Source: a virus
Lineage: Duplodnaviria > Caudoviricetes
Direction: 5' to 3' (one strand)
DNA length: 64,000 nt
Virus record (IMG/VR): IMGVR_UViG_3300014208_000023
Coordinates: 352,001 to 416,000 of that record
A model generated the notes under the pieces. The model ran no database searches, had not been told where the DNA came from, and was given only the letters and a program-made list of their open reading frames with translations. The translations under genes and the position numbers were made by a program. Below are positions 54,127 through 63,345 of the stretch, in pieces. Each line of letters starts with the position of its first letter. Positions within the stretch are counted from its first letter, which is position 1.

Positions 54127-54405
54127 CTAGTAATGAATGTCGTTGTCGTTGTCGTATTCGTAGTCATCAATGTCGTCATAATCATCATCATCATCATCAT
54201 CTTCGTAATCTGGATCAATTTTTGAGAGCCACTTATTGAATATCTTTGTGGCATCCTCGTGCGAAAAATTCCCATAACCTATGTAGTGAGAACGCGCCCT
54301 GCCATTTAATTCGTACTCTCCGACCCAATTTGGAGTCTTGGTTTCACAAGCAGGATCACTATAAACAACTGGCCTATAGAGATCTTTAATCGTCTTGCAA
54401 AACAT
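54127..54405 (-). CDS. CKTI-family protein with acidic tail
   Basis: FCKTIKDLYRP..FNKWL, poly-Asp tail. Confidence 0.7.
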   Translation of the reverse strand: MFCKTIKDLYRPVVYSDPACETKTPNWVGEYELNGRARSHYIGYGNFSHEDATKIFNKWLSKIDPDYEDDDDDDDYDDIDDYEYDNDNDIHY

Positions 54406-54410
54406 AAGTC

Positions 54411-54740
54411 CTACTCTACTATGCCAATCGCCTTCAATACCGTAAGAACAGTTCTAGTATTAATGCCTCTATCCAAAACAAAGACTTGGGTATCGTCGGG
54501 ATGCAATTCCCCGGCATCCCATACTTTCCTTGCCTCATCGCAGGCCTCCAGCAATTCCGTGGCTTTACTCTCGACCGACGAAGGGGCCGAGGATCCCGCG
54601 TCGTATGCTGCCTCTAGTGCTGCCTTTATGCCCCAAACACTAACGTCATGGAAGTCTAGACCATCTGACTTTTGCGTTTCAAGTGTTTCAATGTGAAGCT
54701 TGGCTTGAGCTATATTGGTTAGCGTTTCGTTTTTATTCAC
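54411..54740 (-). CDS. DUF6900-like domain protein
   Basis: IETLETQKSDGLDFHDVSVWGIKAALEAAYDAG; GTG start assumed. Confidence 0.65.
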   Translation of the reverse strand: MNKNETLTNIAQAKLHIETLETQKSDGLDFHDVSVWGIKAALEAAYDAGSSAPSSVESKATELLEACDEARKVWDAGELHPDDTQVFVLDRGINTRTVLTVLKAIGIVE

Positions 54741-55168
54741 TGCCTTACTTTCGGTGAAGAACGACGACGCACCATAACTTCGCACTCTGCCGATAATACG
54801 GCAGCATTTATTACATGCGCAATTTCTCTTGCCTTGTATCCGCTAGCCACATACGATTCTATGATTGGCATGATAGCATTATGGGCGGCGTCATCTATCT
54901 CTCGCGCCATGTCAGTCCATGCTTCATTAGCTCCAAACATAGATTTGGATTGTGGCGCTGAATTGCTTACAGATATCGGCAACCATTGTTCTGGATTGCC
55001 ACGATAACATTCAATAATCTTACATTTACCGAACTTTTTCTCCAACTCATCGCAAGCCAAAGAATAGTTGTAATTATACAATGTCGCTGATTTCTCTTTT
55101 TTAGAGCCAACTAATGTGAATTTGAATCTCCAACCTATTTTCATAGTTATCCTAAAAAAGAAACTCAT
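54737..55168 (-). CDS. hypothetical protein
   Basis: ORF in chain. Confidence 0.6.
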   Translation of the reverse strand: MSFFFRITMKIGWRFKFTLVGSKKEKSATLYNYNYSLACDELEKKFGKCKIIECYRGNPEQWLPISVSNSAPQSKSMFGANEAWTDMAREIDDAAHNAIMPIIESYVASGYKAREIAHVINAAVLSAECEVMVRRRSSPKVRQ

Positions 55169-55520
55169 CGTTAATATCGGCTACTACTACCGGCTCTTTC
55201 ATTGCTGATGAAGCCCTATAGGTCACTCCAGTTCCAGCAGTCTTTAGGGCTATCTTACAATAGGCCTCGGTAATCAAGGAGTCAAGCCTATCAACGCACA
55301 TTTTCTTATCGCCAGTAAGATACTGCGGCTTTATCTTAGCAACGAACCTTCTTGCTCCATCTAGATAGGCCCAAGCAATCCGCATATTTTTTAGATCGAA
55401 ATCATGCTGGAAATTGAGGTGGAATCCCATACATTGAGAATGATGTCCCGCTAAAACGAAAGATGCGTCCCAGAATTGGGCGCGCAACTTTTCAAGCGCT
55501 ATTGGTTCAAACTTGGACAT
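55152..55520 (-). CDS. hypothetical protein
   Basis: ORF in chain. Confidence 0.6.
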   Translation of the reverse strand: MSKFEPIALEKLRAQFWDASFVLAGHHSQCMGFHLNFQHDFDLKNMRIAWAYLDGARRFVAKIKPQYLTGDKKMCVDRLDSLITEAYCKIALKTAGTGVTYRASSAMKEPVVVADINDEFLF

Positions 55521-55893
55521 TTAGCAATTCTCTGGGTTGCTTATCTTTGTGAAGTGCTTCGTTTAGCTCTATGATAAGAGAGCAGTGTTTAGCTCGAAGC
55601 TCTTCTTTTTTGCTTTCGTCTTGCTCATATAGCATTGAGTCACCAATAGCATCTATCTCTTTGACGGTGGATTCATACTTTGTTCCGCCCAATAAACTAT
55701 ATAGGCTTTGCAAATTGACCTCATATATCACTTCATTTCTTATGAGAGAACGAAGTCGGCTCATAGAATCGGCGTCATCTTTGAACTCAAGGTCTTGCTT
55801 TTCTTTATCTGAACGACGACTAGATAAAAAAGTTATGGCAATATTGATTGCTACGATCAACACTATTGTGATTACGAGTTGTGATGTTGTCAT
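55507..55893 (-). CDS. N-terminally anchored membrane protein
   Basis: N-terminal TM helix. Confidence 0.65.
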   Translation of the reverse strand: MTTSQLVITIVLIVAINIAITFLSSRRSDKEKQDLEFKDDADSMSRLRSLIRNEVIYEVNLQSLYSLLGGTKYESTVKEIDAIGDSMLYEQDESKKEELRAKHCSLIIELNEALHKDKQPRELLNVQV

Positions 55894-55905
55894 TGTTTTC
55901 TTTCG

Positions 55906-55990
55906 TGGGCATGATAGGAATCGAACCTACACGGTATTTCTACCACGAGAACCTAAATCTCGCGCGGCTGCCTGGTTACGCCACATGCCC
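55906..55990 (-). tRNA. tRNA-Leu(UAG)
   Basis: GGGCAUG acceptor, CGAGA-UU-UAG-GU-UCUCG, long V arm. Confidence 0.93.
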
Positions 55991-56003
55991 AAATTTTTAT
56001 TCG

Positions 56004-56082
56004 TGGAGCGTGAGGGAGTCGAACCCCCTAAGCAAAAAGCAGAGATTTACAGTCTCCTGTCCGACCGTTGGACTTACACTCC
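56004..56082 (-). tRNA. tRNA-Tyr(GUA)
   Basis: GGAGUGU/ACGCUCC, GGAGA-CU-GUA-AA-UCUCU, GGUUCGACUCC. Confidence 0.9.
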
Positions 56083-56092
56083 TAATATTCAA

Positions 56093-56353
56093 TCACCCCT
56101 CATAGCCGTGAATATAACCAGCAACCTTATTATGCAGATACTTTGCCAATACAAAAGGCGATGAAACAACCTTATAGGTCACAATCGCTAGATAGTATAA
56201 CGCTACTATCGGCCAGAACGCCGACACCATTTCTGGCGGAGGAACATCGCCGCTATAAAGGCCCCATCCCCAATCTTTATAAAGTATTGGCGTGATAACG
56301 TATGTTGTTATACCAACAATTATATAGCCCAATATAACTTCTATTCCTAGCAT
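56093..56353 (-). CDS. membrane protein
   Basis: Two TM segments, SAFWPI motif. Confidence 0.65.
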   Translation of the reverse strand: MLGIEVILGYIIVGITTYVITPILYKDWGWGLYSGDVPPPEMVSAFWPIVALYYLAIVTYKVVSSPFVLAKYLHNKVAGYIHGYEG

Positions 56354-56640
56354 TTTTTATACACTTTCAAAATATAAGACGGGGTGATATATGATTCGTG
56401 AATTGGGACGCAATAGTCGCCAGCAAAAGACTTATCAGATATAACATCGGAAAAGTAATACATTAATTTAATTCTGGTATATTTGGATACCGCTATTACT
56501 GGAACCGTAACTCCCTCATATAGCAAATTATAACGGCCATCAATAATGTATCTTCGCGGCACATCATTCGAGACGCAAATCTCTATCTCATCTCCGCTAT
56601 CGGCTTTGGCGGCACAAGGATGTATTGGCATCTTAATCAA
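56347..56640 (-). CDS. C-x6-GD family protein
   Basis: HPCAAKADSGD..ILKVYK; close paralog of 57344-57640. Confidence 0.7.
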   Translation of the reverse strand: MIKMPIHPCAAKADSGDEIEICVSNDVPRRYIIDGRYNLLYEGVTVPVIAVSKYTRIKLMYYFSDVISDKSFAGDYCVPIHESYITPSYILKVYKKC

Positions 56641-57347
56641 TCTTGAGCGGCAAATTTCTTTGCAAAGCTATCTTCAACGTGTGAATCATTGAAGCCCCAA
56701 TCACTCATGCTGCGGTAGGAATGAGTCAGCCTAACAAGGCTGTCCGATCTAATAAGATCGCAACTATATGGGATTCTCTCGCTTGCTATAATTACTTTAT
56801 ATTTTGAATCCGCTTTGAGCTTTGATATTATCCAATCTCTGAATACTTTCATAGTATGGTTGTAGTTTGGATCCTTGTTGAGATAAATGCCGGGATTTTT
56901 GTTTCCAGTATCTTTATACACTCTCTCAATAAATAGGGCGTATTCTTTTGTGCTATAATCATATAGCACTCTAACTAGAGAGCGGCGCCTAAAGGAAATA
57001 CCGTATGGTGTCATTTCGTTATCTGAAATATAAACCATACCAAGAAACGGATCCGTTACTGAACCGACTAGATGATCTCTATGAGAGTTTTCCCAATGCA
57101 TGCAAGAACAAACTCCACGCATTGACATTGTTGCCAGATCCCAGAAGCCAGTAATGCCGCTTGAAGTGAAGCCGATGTATGCCGGCTTACCATCAAACTC
57201 AACGTCGCATTTCTCCAGACAATTAGGAAGCCCTATGCTGGGGAATGGCTTTTCTATCTTTGAAATCTTATTAAAGATAGCATTATCTCTAATGAAGCCG
57301 GCGGTCTTCTTAAAGGTTCTACTATTTTTTAGATCGCTAATTTTCAT
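56637..57347 (-). CDS. conserved-Cys WDxxTxSMRG family protein, paralog 6 (minimal)
   Basis: WDLATMSMRGVCSCMHW..LVGS..RSLVR..ERVY. Confidence 0.85.
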   Translation of the reverse strand: MKISDLKNSRTFKKTAGFIRDNAIFNKISKIEKPFPSIGLPNCLEKCDVEFDGKPAYIGFTSSGITGFWDLATMSMRGVCSCMHWENSHRDHLVGSVTDPFLGMVYISDNEMTPYGISFRRRSLVRVLYDYSTKEYALFIERVYKDTGNKNPGIYLNKDPNYNHTMKVFRDWIISKLKADSKYKVIIASERIPYSCDLIRSDSLVRLTHSYRSMSDWGFNDSHVEDSFAKKFAAQD

Positions 57348-57640
57348 TGTTTGCGTATTACTTTAAGTATAATTGAGGCCGTAACAAACTTTTCATGTAT
57401 CGGCAGACAGAATGGTTCGCTAATCATTTCTCCACTACAAACAACATCTTTGTAGTAGTAAGTCTCTAAATGACAATCAATATCGCCATTGACCCCAACA
57501 ACGGGAACCATTACTCTTTCGGTAGAAAGTTTAAATCGACCAACAACTTTATAACGTTCTGGTCCATTAGGAGTCTCAAACTCTATCTGGTCTCCAAGCT
57601 TTGCGTTAGCAGCACAAGGATGCGGAAGAAACTTTTTCAT
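57344..57640 (-). CDS. C-x6-GD family protein
   Basis: HPCAANAKLGD..ILKVIR. Confidence 0.7.
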   Translation of the reverse strand: MKKFLPHPCAANAKLGDQIEFETPNGPERYKVVGRFKLSTERVMVPVVGVNGDIDCHLETYYYKDVVCSGEMISEPFCLPIHEKFVTASIILKVIRKQ

Positions 57641-57641
57641 A

Positions 57642-57986
57642 TTAGTTAGTAAAGTAAATTTCTTTTACGCCCTTAAAATCGTGACCTGATTCTATGAGCC
57701 ACTGATCTACTTCAAGACAATTCTCTTGAATGAAATCTTGGAGAGATCCCTTGAACCCATTGTCTTTACACTGGTCTTTCCAGTATTCTTCCATTGATTC
57801 TTTAGTATAGGTGTCGGAATAATCTTCTTTGCCTGATGGATCAAACTCTGACCAGTGACGATTGATCTTACTTCTATGATATGCGTCGTCCTCTCTGATA
57901 CGGTCTCTAACCTCTTCGGGACACTTGCTTAAATCAATAGTGATTGACTTTACTTTTTTGACTTTGATTATTGGTAATGTTTTCAT
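57642..57986 (-). CDS. hypothetical protein
   Basis: ORF directly after tRNA-Ile. Confidence 0.65.
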   Translation of the reverse strand: MKTLPIIKVKKVKSITIDLSKCPEEVRDRIREDDAYHRSKINRHWSEFDPSGKEDYSDTYTKESMEEYWKDQCKDNGFKGSLQDFIQENCLEVDQWLIESGHDFKGVKEIYFTN

Positions 57987-57989
57987 GGG

Positions 57990-58063
57990 TGGGACGTGGA
58001 GGACTCGAACCTCCGACCTTCGCCTTATCAGAGCGACTATCTAACCAACTGATATAACGTCCC
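57990..58063 (-). tRNA. tRNA-Ile(GAU)
   Basis: GGGACGU/ACGUCCC, UCGCU-CU-GAU-AA-GGCGA, GGUUCGAGUCC. Confidence 0.95.
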
Positions 58064-58070
58064 TAGTAAC

Positions 58071-58140
58071 TGCTCTCGGTTGGGTTTCATACCAACATCA
58101 GCACCATTTGGTGGCGCTACTTTGTTAAGACGACGAGAGC
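58071..58140 (-). ncRNA. tRNA-like element with non-canonical loops
   Basis: GCUCUCG/CGAGAGC-A acceptor, GCGCCA-CCAAA-UGGUGC, GUUGG-UAUGAAAC-CCAAC; weak D stem. Confidence 0.5.
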
Positions 58141-58146
58141 ATATCT

Positions 58147-58581
58147 TTATTGTTCTTTAATCCAAGCTCTAGGTATTCTTTCCGTTGGCTTACCGAAAAA
58201 TACTAATGAAGCAGAGAATGAGTTCTTCATCGGTGAATATGAATGAATCACTTCCTTGCGACAAATATATGGTATGAACGGATATCTTATGTGTTTACTT
58301 ATAACCTGAACTGCACTTTGGCCGTCCCTAAAAATATCTAGGCGCTCTTTGTCAGTAGAGGACCTGCAGCGATAGATTGGAATTGATCCATCAACTTCCT
58401 TGAATCTATACTCAACGAATCGACCCCATAACGGTAGAGATATAAACCATGTTCTATGGTCGTGTGGATCGCTTCTGTCCGGTCGATTAGAGGCCCAGGT
58501 ATGAAGTCTTAATCTTGCGCCATTCTTAAACTGATGTATAAGGCGTACCACGAATCCATTAGGATGATTAGTAACATTCAT
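58147..58581 (-). CDS. cupin-like protein
   Basis: LRLHTW..PHDHRTWFISLPLWG..IHS. Confidence 0.6.
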   Translation of the reverse strand: MNVTNHPNGFVVRLIHQFKNGARLRLHTWASNRPDRSDPHDHRTWFISLPLWGRFVEYRFKEVDGSIPIYRCRSSTDKERLDIFRDGQSAVQVISKHIRYPFIPYICRKEVIHSYSPMKNSFSASLVFFGKPTERIPRAWIKEQ

Positions 58582-58603
58582 CGTTTATGATATATCATCA
58601 ATT

Positions 58604-58795
58604 ATGGCCGAACGAATTACTTCATGCCCAGAATGCAAAAATAGATTTCCTGATGTTATCGAGGTTCATAACCCAGAAACAACTGATATGAATTGTAGAG
58701 TAACCTTTAAGTGTGATGAATGTCAGCACACCTGGGAAGGATTAGACTCATCCCCGCACTATAAAGAAATGCGGGAACGAGGCTATATCATATGA
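58604..58795 (+). CDS. Zn-ribbon protein
   Basis: CPEC..CDEC; TATGAT just upstream. Confidence 0.6.
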   Translation: MAERITSCPECKNRFPDVIEVHNPETTDMNCRVTFKCDECQHTWEGLDSSPHYKEMRERGYII

Positions 58796-58798
58796 ATC

Positions 58799-59131
58799 TC
58801 AGGTCTTAAGAAGCTTGGTGAGCTTCATGGCGAGCATCTGATTGCCCGCCAGCTTAAGCTTACCGCTGAAGAACATTCCCATAGCCTTGCCGGGATCCGA
58901 CATGAGGGCCTGAAAATTTTCAGATGAGATCGTGATGGTGCAGTCCGCTTTGCCCTGGCCCGCCTTAACGGAAGGCCCCTTTGAGGTCGCGTCAATAAAC
59001 CACTCTCCCTCTCCGGTAACATTTACCTGAAAGCTAGCATTAACCTCACGAACTTCCTTCGACTTGGAAGCTAGGGCGGCGGGAAGGGTGGTTTCAAATA
59101 GCTCACGAATGTTCATTTTTTTTTTATTCAC
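58799..59131 (-). CDS. SCP2 sterol/lipid-binding domain protein
   Basis: ADCTITISSENFQALM..AMGMFFSGKLKLAGNQMLAMKL. Confidence 0.85.
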   Translation of the reverse strand: MNKKKMNIRELFETTLPAALASKSKEVREVNASFQVNVTGEGEWFIDATSKGPSVKAGQGKADCTITISSENFQALMSDPGKAMGMFFSGKLKLAGNQMLAMKLTKLLKT

Positions 59132-59183
59132 TTTGTTGAAAGAGTGTGGTTAATTGTCTTTATAAAAGATAAGCAGGCTATAT

Positions 59184-59480
59184 TTATACTGTATTTTCCA
59201 TAGCGGCACGATCAAGAGCGGCGCTTAATTTGCCCTTTATTACTAAAGCAGAAGTCCATCTTGCGAGTCTTTTTACTACATCAAGATCGATATTAAGCTG
59301 CAAGCTTTCTGCCAAAAACCATTCGCCAGTAAGAATGGAAAATGGAGCATCATCTCTGCAATATAGTTTGCCGTCTTCGCCCATCCCCCATTGCCATTCT
59401 GAATGGAGCGAATAGGTTCTCTTACGGAACTTTGCTCCGTATTCTGGGTCTTTAAGAACGGCTACTATATTAGTTTTCAT
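59184..59480 (-). CDS. hypothetical protein
   Basis: ORF in chain. Confidence 0.55.
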   Translation of the reverse strand: MKTNIVAVLKDPEYGAKFRKRTYSLHSEWQWGMGEDGKLYCRDDAPFSILTGEWFLAESLQLNIDLDVVKRLARWTSALVIKGKLSAALDRAAMENTV

Positions 59481-59710
59481 CTGAAATACTTGGGGTCGTT
59501 AGCTTCAACTGCCCCCATTAGAAGAGATACGTGACGCTGGCAAGTTATGATTGCTTTGGATAGACCAAAGAACGCTTGCTCTTGAGAGGTGCCTACAAAT
59601 TTTGGAAGCTTGGACTTAATTACCTCAAGCTCATTTAGCTTTGATTCAGCCTTCTCAAGAAGATCATAAACATTTTCTACTTTTACTTTTGAATCAATCG
59701 TTGAGGCCAT
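59477..59710 (-). CDS. hypothetical helical protein
   Basis: AGGA SD. Confidence 0.6.
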   Translation of the reverse strand: MASTIDSKVKVENVYDLLEKAESKLNELEVIKSKLPKFVGTSQEQAFFGLSKAIITCQRHVSLLMGAVEANDPKYFR

Positions 59711-59890
59711 ACTAAAAATTCCTTTAGTTTTTGGGAAGCGGCATTCCTATGCCGCCTTCTATATTTGAAATAGCTTCTTCAAGACGAAGTTTAGTGTCAG
59801 CATCTTCAGTCTCAGCAAGCTCACGAAAGTATTTCGTTACATCTTGTTCTAGAAGATACCTGCGCCCCATCATAGTAATGAATTTGATAT

Positions 59891-60352
59891 TCATTCTTTT
59901 GAATGAGTATCAGCCTCAACTACTTCGGTTTTCTTCTTGGCAAAAGTCTTGTGAAAGAAACGAAGAGTCTTATCGGCTGCCGGAATGATCGTTTCATTCA
60001 TAGCCTTATTGACTACCGGCTTTACCGTCTCGACTGCTTTGGTGGCTGCTGGAATGATATTCTTATTGATCATTCTGCTTATAACTGAACCCTTCATGGC
60101 TTTAATCGCTTTCTCTGTTTGTCGGCGTTCAACATGCTGATACGCCATTTTGTTTTCCTGATAAGCCGCCTCAAGATTTGAGAGCGTCGTATCATACTCT
60201 GCACTATGCAAAGTATCCGTTTGAAGAATCTGTAGCAGTCCAACTACCTGCTTGACGTAAGGTAGATCCTTATCGTTGAAATGATGGTAAGGCTTAAGCA
60301 TCCAATACTCAAGAGAATTGAGTGCCGACTTCATTTCTGCATTTACCAACAT
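59891..60352 (-). CDS. hypothetical protein
   Basis: ORF. Confidence 0.6.
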   Translation of the reverse strand: MLVNAEMKSALNSLEYWMLKPYHHFNDKDLPYVKQVVGLLQILQTDTLHSAEYDTTLSNLEAAYQENKMAYQHVERRQTEKAIKAMKGSVISRMINKNIIPAATKAVETVKPVVNKAMNETIIPAADKTLRFFHKTFAKKKTEVVEADTHSKE

Positions 60353-60567
60353 AAATAAAACTTTCTGCTCTCTTCTAATTCTTGCTGTCTGTTAAAGATT
60401 TCAACTTGCTTGCCGGCCAGATCACAATCTTTCGATATGAGCAACCAGTTTTCAATGTCAGAGTAAGGTCCCATATCGCCATTTAATAGAATGGCGCCAC
60501 AAGAAACGCACTCTTTATATGCGTCTCCAAAACATGGAATCTCTGCTCCGTATTTATGTTCCTTCAT
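60343..60567 (-). CDS. hypothetical protein (Cys motifs)
   Basis: Start moved below promoter to MKEHKY. Confidence 0.55.
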   Translation of the reverse strand: MKEHKYGAEIPCFGDAYKECVSCGAILLNGDMGPYSDIENWLLISKDCDLAGKQVEIFNRQQELEESRKFYLCW

Positions 60568-60575
60568 CTTAAACC

Positions 60576-60603
60576 AATATAAGCACTGTCGTTGCGTTGT
60601 CAA
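60576..60603 (-). promoter_or_regulatory. sigma70-type promoter
   Basis: TTGACA-16-TATATT. Confidence 0.6.
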
Positions 60604-60885
60604 GCTCTGCCGTAACGAAGTTCAGCAGAAAATTAATTACCAACCATCTACTAACCGAGCGAGCGGGTTCCGTTTAGATATACCGAATAGAGAGACCTCT
60701 ATGCTTTTGTAGGCGTCTTTTATCTGTTGTGCTCTATCATGTTCTTTATTTTGATAGCAACCGTTCTCAATTTAATGAGGAGGCCATTGGAATACACGGC
60801 AGGAAGATTGGAAATGCCTTATTGTAGCGATAGATTACTCTACAATATCCGATACATCAAGGGGCTGGCTGGACCCCTGTAGTCT

Positions 60886-61725
60886 TCAATTAGCTTCCTT
60901 ACAACACCTACCGCCAATTTCGTAGAATGCAAATGATTCATTATGAACTGTGGTCATAGGACGGCACCTATTCCTAGCGCCCATAGCCCAATGTCCGCCC
61001 TTCTCTCCGCTCTTATACGGAGAGCCAGAAGAGTTGATTACGCTTTCATCAACATTACCAGTCATATCATATACTCCGAAAGGAGAGACGCACCCTGGCT
61101 TTGAACCAGAAGGAACTCTTTGTGAGAGTCTATCAACTTCTGCCTGACGAGTAGCCGGATTAGATAGCTTGCCGCCATCAAACGCTCGCCATGCATTGTC
61201 AATGTTGCATGTTCCAGGGTCTCTATTCAGGCCGTAAGGATACGGTAGGGCATCTTCGCCTTCGCAAGCAAACTCCCACTCAACATCCTTGCAAAGTCTT
61301 TTACCTTCTGCGGCACACTTGACGGCCATCTCATTCCAAGTAACCATAACCTCCGGAATTGCTCCGAGCTTATTTGGATACTCGAACTTATCAATACAAA
61401 AGCTCATTGCCTTCTTTTGTTTTGATAGGCATTTGGTGGGCGCAAACTCTAGACACCTTACCTTGCCATTAACATTGATTACTTTCTCGTCCCACTTAAG
61501 ACAAGTCTGCTCTACAACGGGGCAGTAGTTTCCGCTAACAAGAACCATATCATCAGGGCAGAAGTTAGGTGGCGCCCATCCAACAACTACCTGGCCATAT
61601 GGCGATACATCAGAAATGGATTCTGACGGTGCGCAGCTAGTTGGATTGCTGCCATTCGTTTTTGGCACAACACCATTAGAACACGCAATAACAATCGACA
61701 ACAGGGCGATACCTACATACTTCAT
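60886..61725 (-). CDS. formylglycine-generating-enzyme (SUMF1/FGE-sulfatase) domain lipoprotein
   Basis: Lipobox VIAC; FCIDKFEY, KRLCKDVEWEFACEG, SPFGVYDMTGNVDE, IGGRCC. Confidence 0.85.
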   Translation of the reverse strand: MKYVGIALLSIVIACSNGVVPKTNGSNPTSCAPSESISDVSPYGQVVVGWAPPNFCPDDMVLVSGNYCPVVEQTCLKWDEKVINVNGKVRCLEFAPTKCLSKQKKAMSFCIDKFEYPNKLGAIPEVMVTWNEMAVKCAAEGKRLCKDVEWEFACEGEDALPYPYGLNRDPGTCNIDNAWRAFDGGKLSNPATRQAEVDRLSQRVPSGSKPGCVSPFGVYDMTGNVDESVINSSGSPYKSGEKGGHWAMGARNRCRPMTTVHNESFAFYEIGGRCCKEAN

Positions 61726-61745
61726 AAGCTTCCAGCCTCACTTCT

Positions 61746-62102
61746 TTAGCAGCAGTCACAATATAGATTGAGTATCTTTAGAGTTTCTTTACCATCATAC
61801 TCTTTGATTTGGTAATGATCATTATCATTCATCTCCTCAATCTTTATTGAGGCACATTCTCCGTTGGCCGAATCTCCCAACTCTTCTATCGCTTGAATTA
61901 GAATGGGGTCGTGTCTTTTGATTGCTGGCTTTGGATCTTCCAAATAAACTGTTTTCCAGTGGCAGTCATGCTTGGACTGTAGCAGGTCCAATTCTTTCTT
62001 TTTTAGAATGGCGTCGGAATGGCCTAGCTCAATCATCCTATCAAGAACTGCGTGTGATATTCCAAATCCACCATACTTATTGTTATATGCTACTTTTTTC
62101 AT
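61746..62102 (-). CDS. conserved phage hypothetical protein
   Basis: YGGFGIS..RHDPILIQAIEELG..IKEYDGKE. Confidence 0.7.
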   Translation of the reverse strand: MKKVAYNNKYGGFGISHAVLDRMIELGHSDAILKKKELDLLQSKHDCHWKTVYLEDPKPAIKRHDPILIQAIEELGDSANGECASIKIEEMNDNDHYQIKEYDGKETLKILNLYCDCC

Positions 62103-62356
62103 TAGATGCTATAGAATTTAAAGTGAATGATATTAAGATGCCTTACCATTATATCTCTGACAATCTTCCAGTCCCATTTTTTTCTATACCAAGGAATAGA
62201 AATGTGTTCTACATAGGCCTTTAGAAAATCTCCAAGAGGAGCGTCATGTAGGTAGCCATCTCTTTTGAAGGGCGGGCGGCCAGGTAGATTTACTATTTCG
62301 CAATCCACTTTACACGGGCCGACTTTCCATCTAGTATTTAATTCATCTAATGTCAT
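62102..62356 (-). CDS. hypothetical protein
   Basis: ORF in chain. Confidence 0.55.
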   Translation of the reverse strand: MTLDELNTRWKVGPCKVDCEIVNLPGRPPFKRDGYLHDAPLGDFLKAYVEHISIPWYRKKWDWKIVRDIMVRHLNIIHFKFYSI

Positions 62357-62357
62357 T

Positions 62358-62582
62358 TTAGAAAGTTGCCCACTTCGTCATTAGTGACGGACGATGACTG
62401 CACTTATCTTTGCAGGGACCAAGAACATTGGGATTGTTTTTGGATGTTGTGCATATCCAAAAGTAATAGCACTGATCGCATATCCATCTTCCATCAACTG
62501 CCTGGGCGTGACTCAAATCCGTTCTTTCTTCGCCACTAAACACATCCAAAGTATCACAGTAGTCGCAAAATCCGTTTTTCAT
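62358..62582 (-). CDS. Cys-rich small protein
   Basis: CDYC, CDQC, C..CSHRP. Confidence 0.6.
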   Translation of the reverse strand: MKNGFCDYCDTLDVFSGEERTDLSHAQAVDGRWICDQCYYFWICTTSKNNPNVLGPCKDKCSHRPSLMTKWATF

Positions 62583-62920
62583 TATGTGGCGCGGCCTTTA
62601 TGATTGGTTGGTTTATGGGCACTAATTGTTTGAAACTTAATGCCGGGCGTAGTGCTCAAATGATTTCCAAGCTGGCAGGACTTACCCTTATTGAAACCAC
62701 TATTGTTACGCCAGAAAGCAATGTAGCGACTTTTATCGGACTCTGACTCAAACTTTAGAATCGTAGCTTGAGCTTGCTTACCATCGGCAGCTTGGACGCC
62801 GGCATACCTAACTGCTGGCTCGTCAGAACAATCTGGACAGTCGGTAATCAAACCTCCCGCCAATTTCTTGGCAGGAGAGTTTGGATCGAATTCCATTTGA
62901 CAGTGAACGCAGATTCTCAT
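62582..62920 (-). CDS. Zn-ribbon protein
   Basis: CVHC..CPDC. Confidence 0.65.
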   Translation of the reverse strand: MRICVHCQMEFDPNSPAKKLAGGLITDCPDCSDEPAVRYAGVQAADGKQAQATILKFESESDKSRYIAFWRNNSGFNKGKSCQLGNHLSTTPGIKFQTISAHKPTNHKGRAT

Positions 62921-62924
62921 TCTA

Positions 62925-63272
62925 TTAGTATGAGCAGTGGCATTGCATAACGGATACAGACTCTACAACGCGGGACTCGGCCATAGAGCAATTATACTCA
63001 TTAAGAGCTTCTTGCTGACAGCGCTTATAGCGGGAGAGCGAGCCCGGGGAATTGTGATACTTGTCACACAGGAAGGTGCAGCAAAGCGCTGGTACAGTCT
63101 GTTGTAGGCGGAGGACGGGGCACCTTTCCGGCATATCGGTCACTGGTTCTGGCGGTCTTGGAGACGGAGGTGCAGGGCTGCATCCAGCGTATCCACAATA
63201 TGCTACAAGCAGAGCGGAAGAGATTAGCGGCATTACCACATCATTGAATTTATTGTTCATGCCCAACTCCAT
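62925..63272 (-). CDS. Cys-rich secreted/lipoprotein-like protein
   Basis: Hydrophobic leader ending AGC, Pro-rich linker, many Cys. Confidence 0.55.
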   Translation of the reverse strand: MELGMNNKFNDVVMPLISSALLVAYCGYAGCSPAPPSPRPPEPVTDMPERCPVLRLQQTVPALCCTFLCDKYHNSPGSLSRYKRCQQEALNEYNCSMAESRVVESVSVMQCHCSY

Positions 63273-63345
63273 AGTTTGTGAAAGCTAGCAATACCCCAGA
63301 ATAGAACTAGGGCGGCGGCCATTACCGGAAAATAGATAATCTTTT

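Noticed and set aside
54181-54201. (ATC)7 microsatellite
   Set aside because: Simply encodes the poly-Asp tail; in-frame, no phase-variation potential
55571-56164. 197-aa plus-strand ORF
   Set aside because: Antisense to a real gene and two tRNAs; shadow ORF
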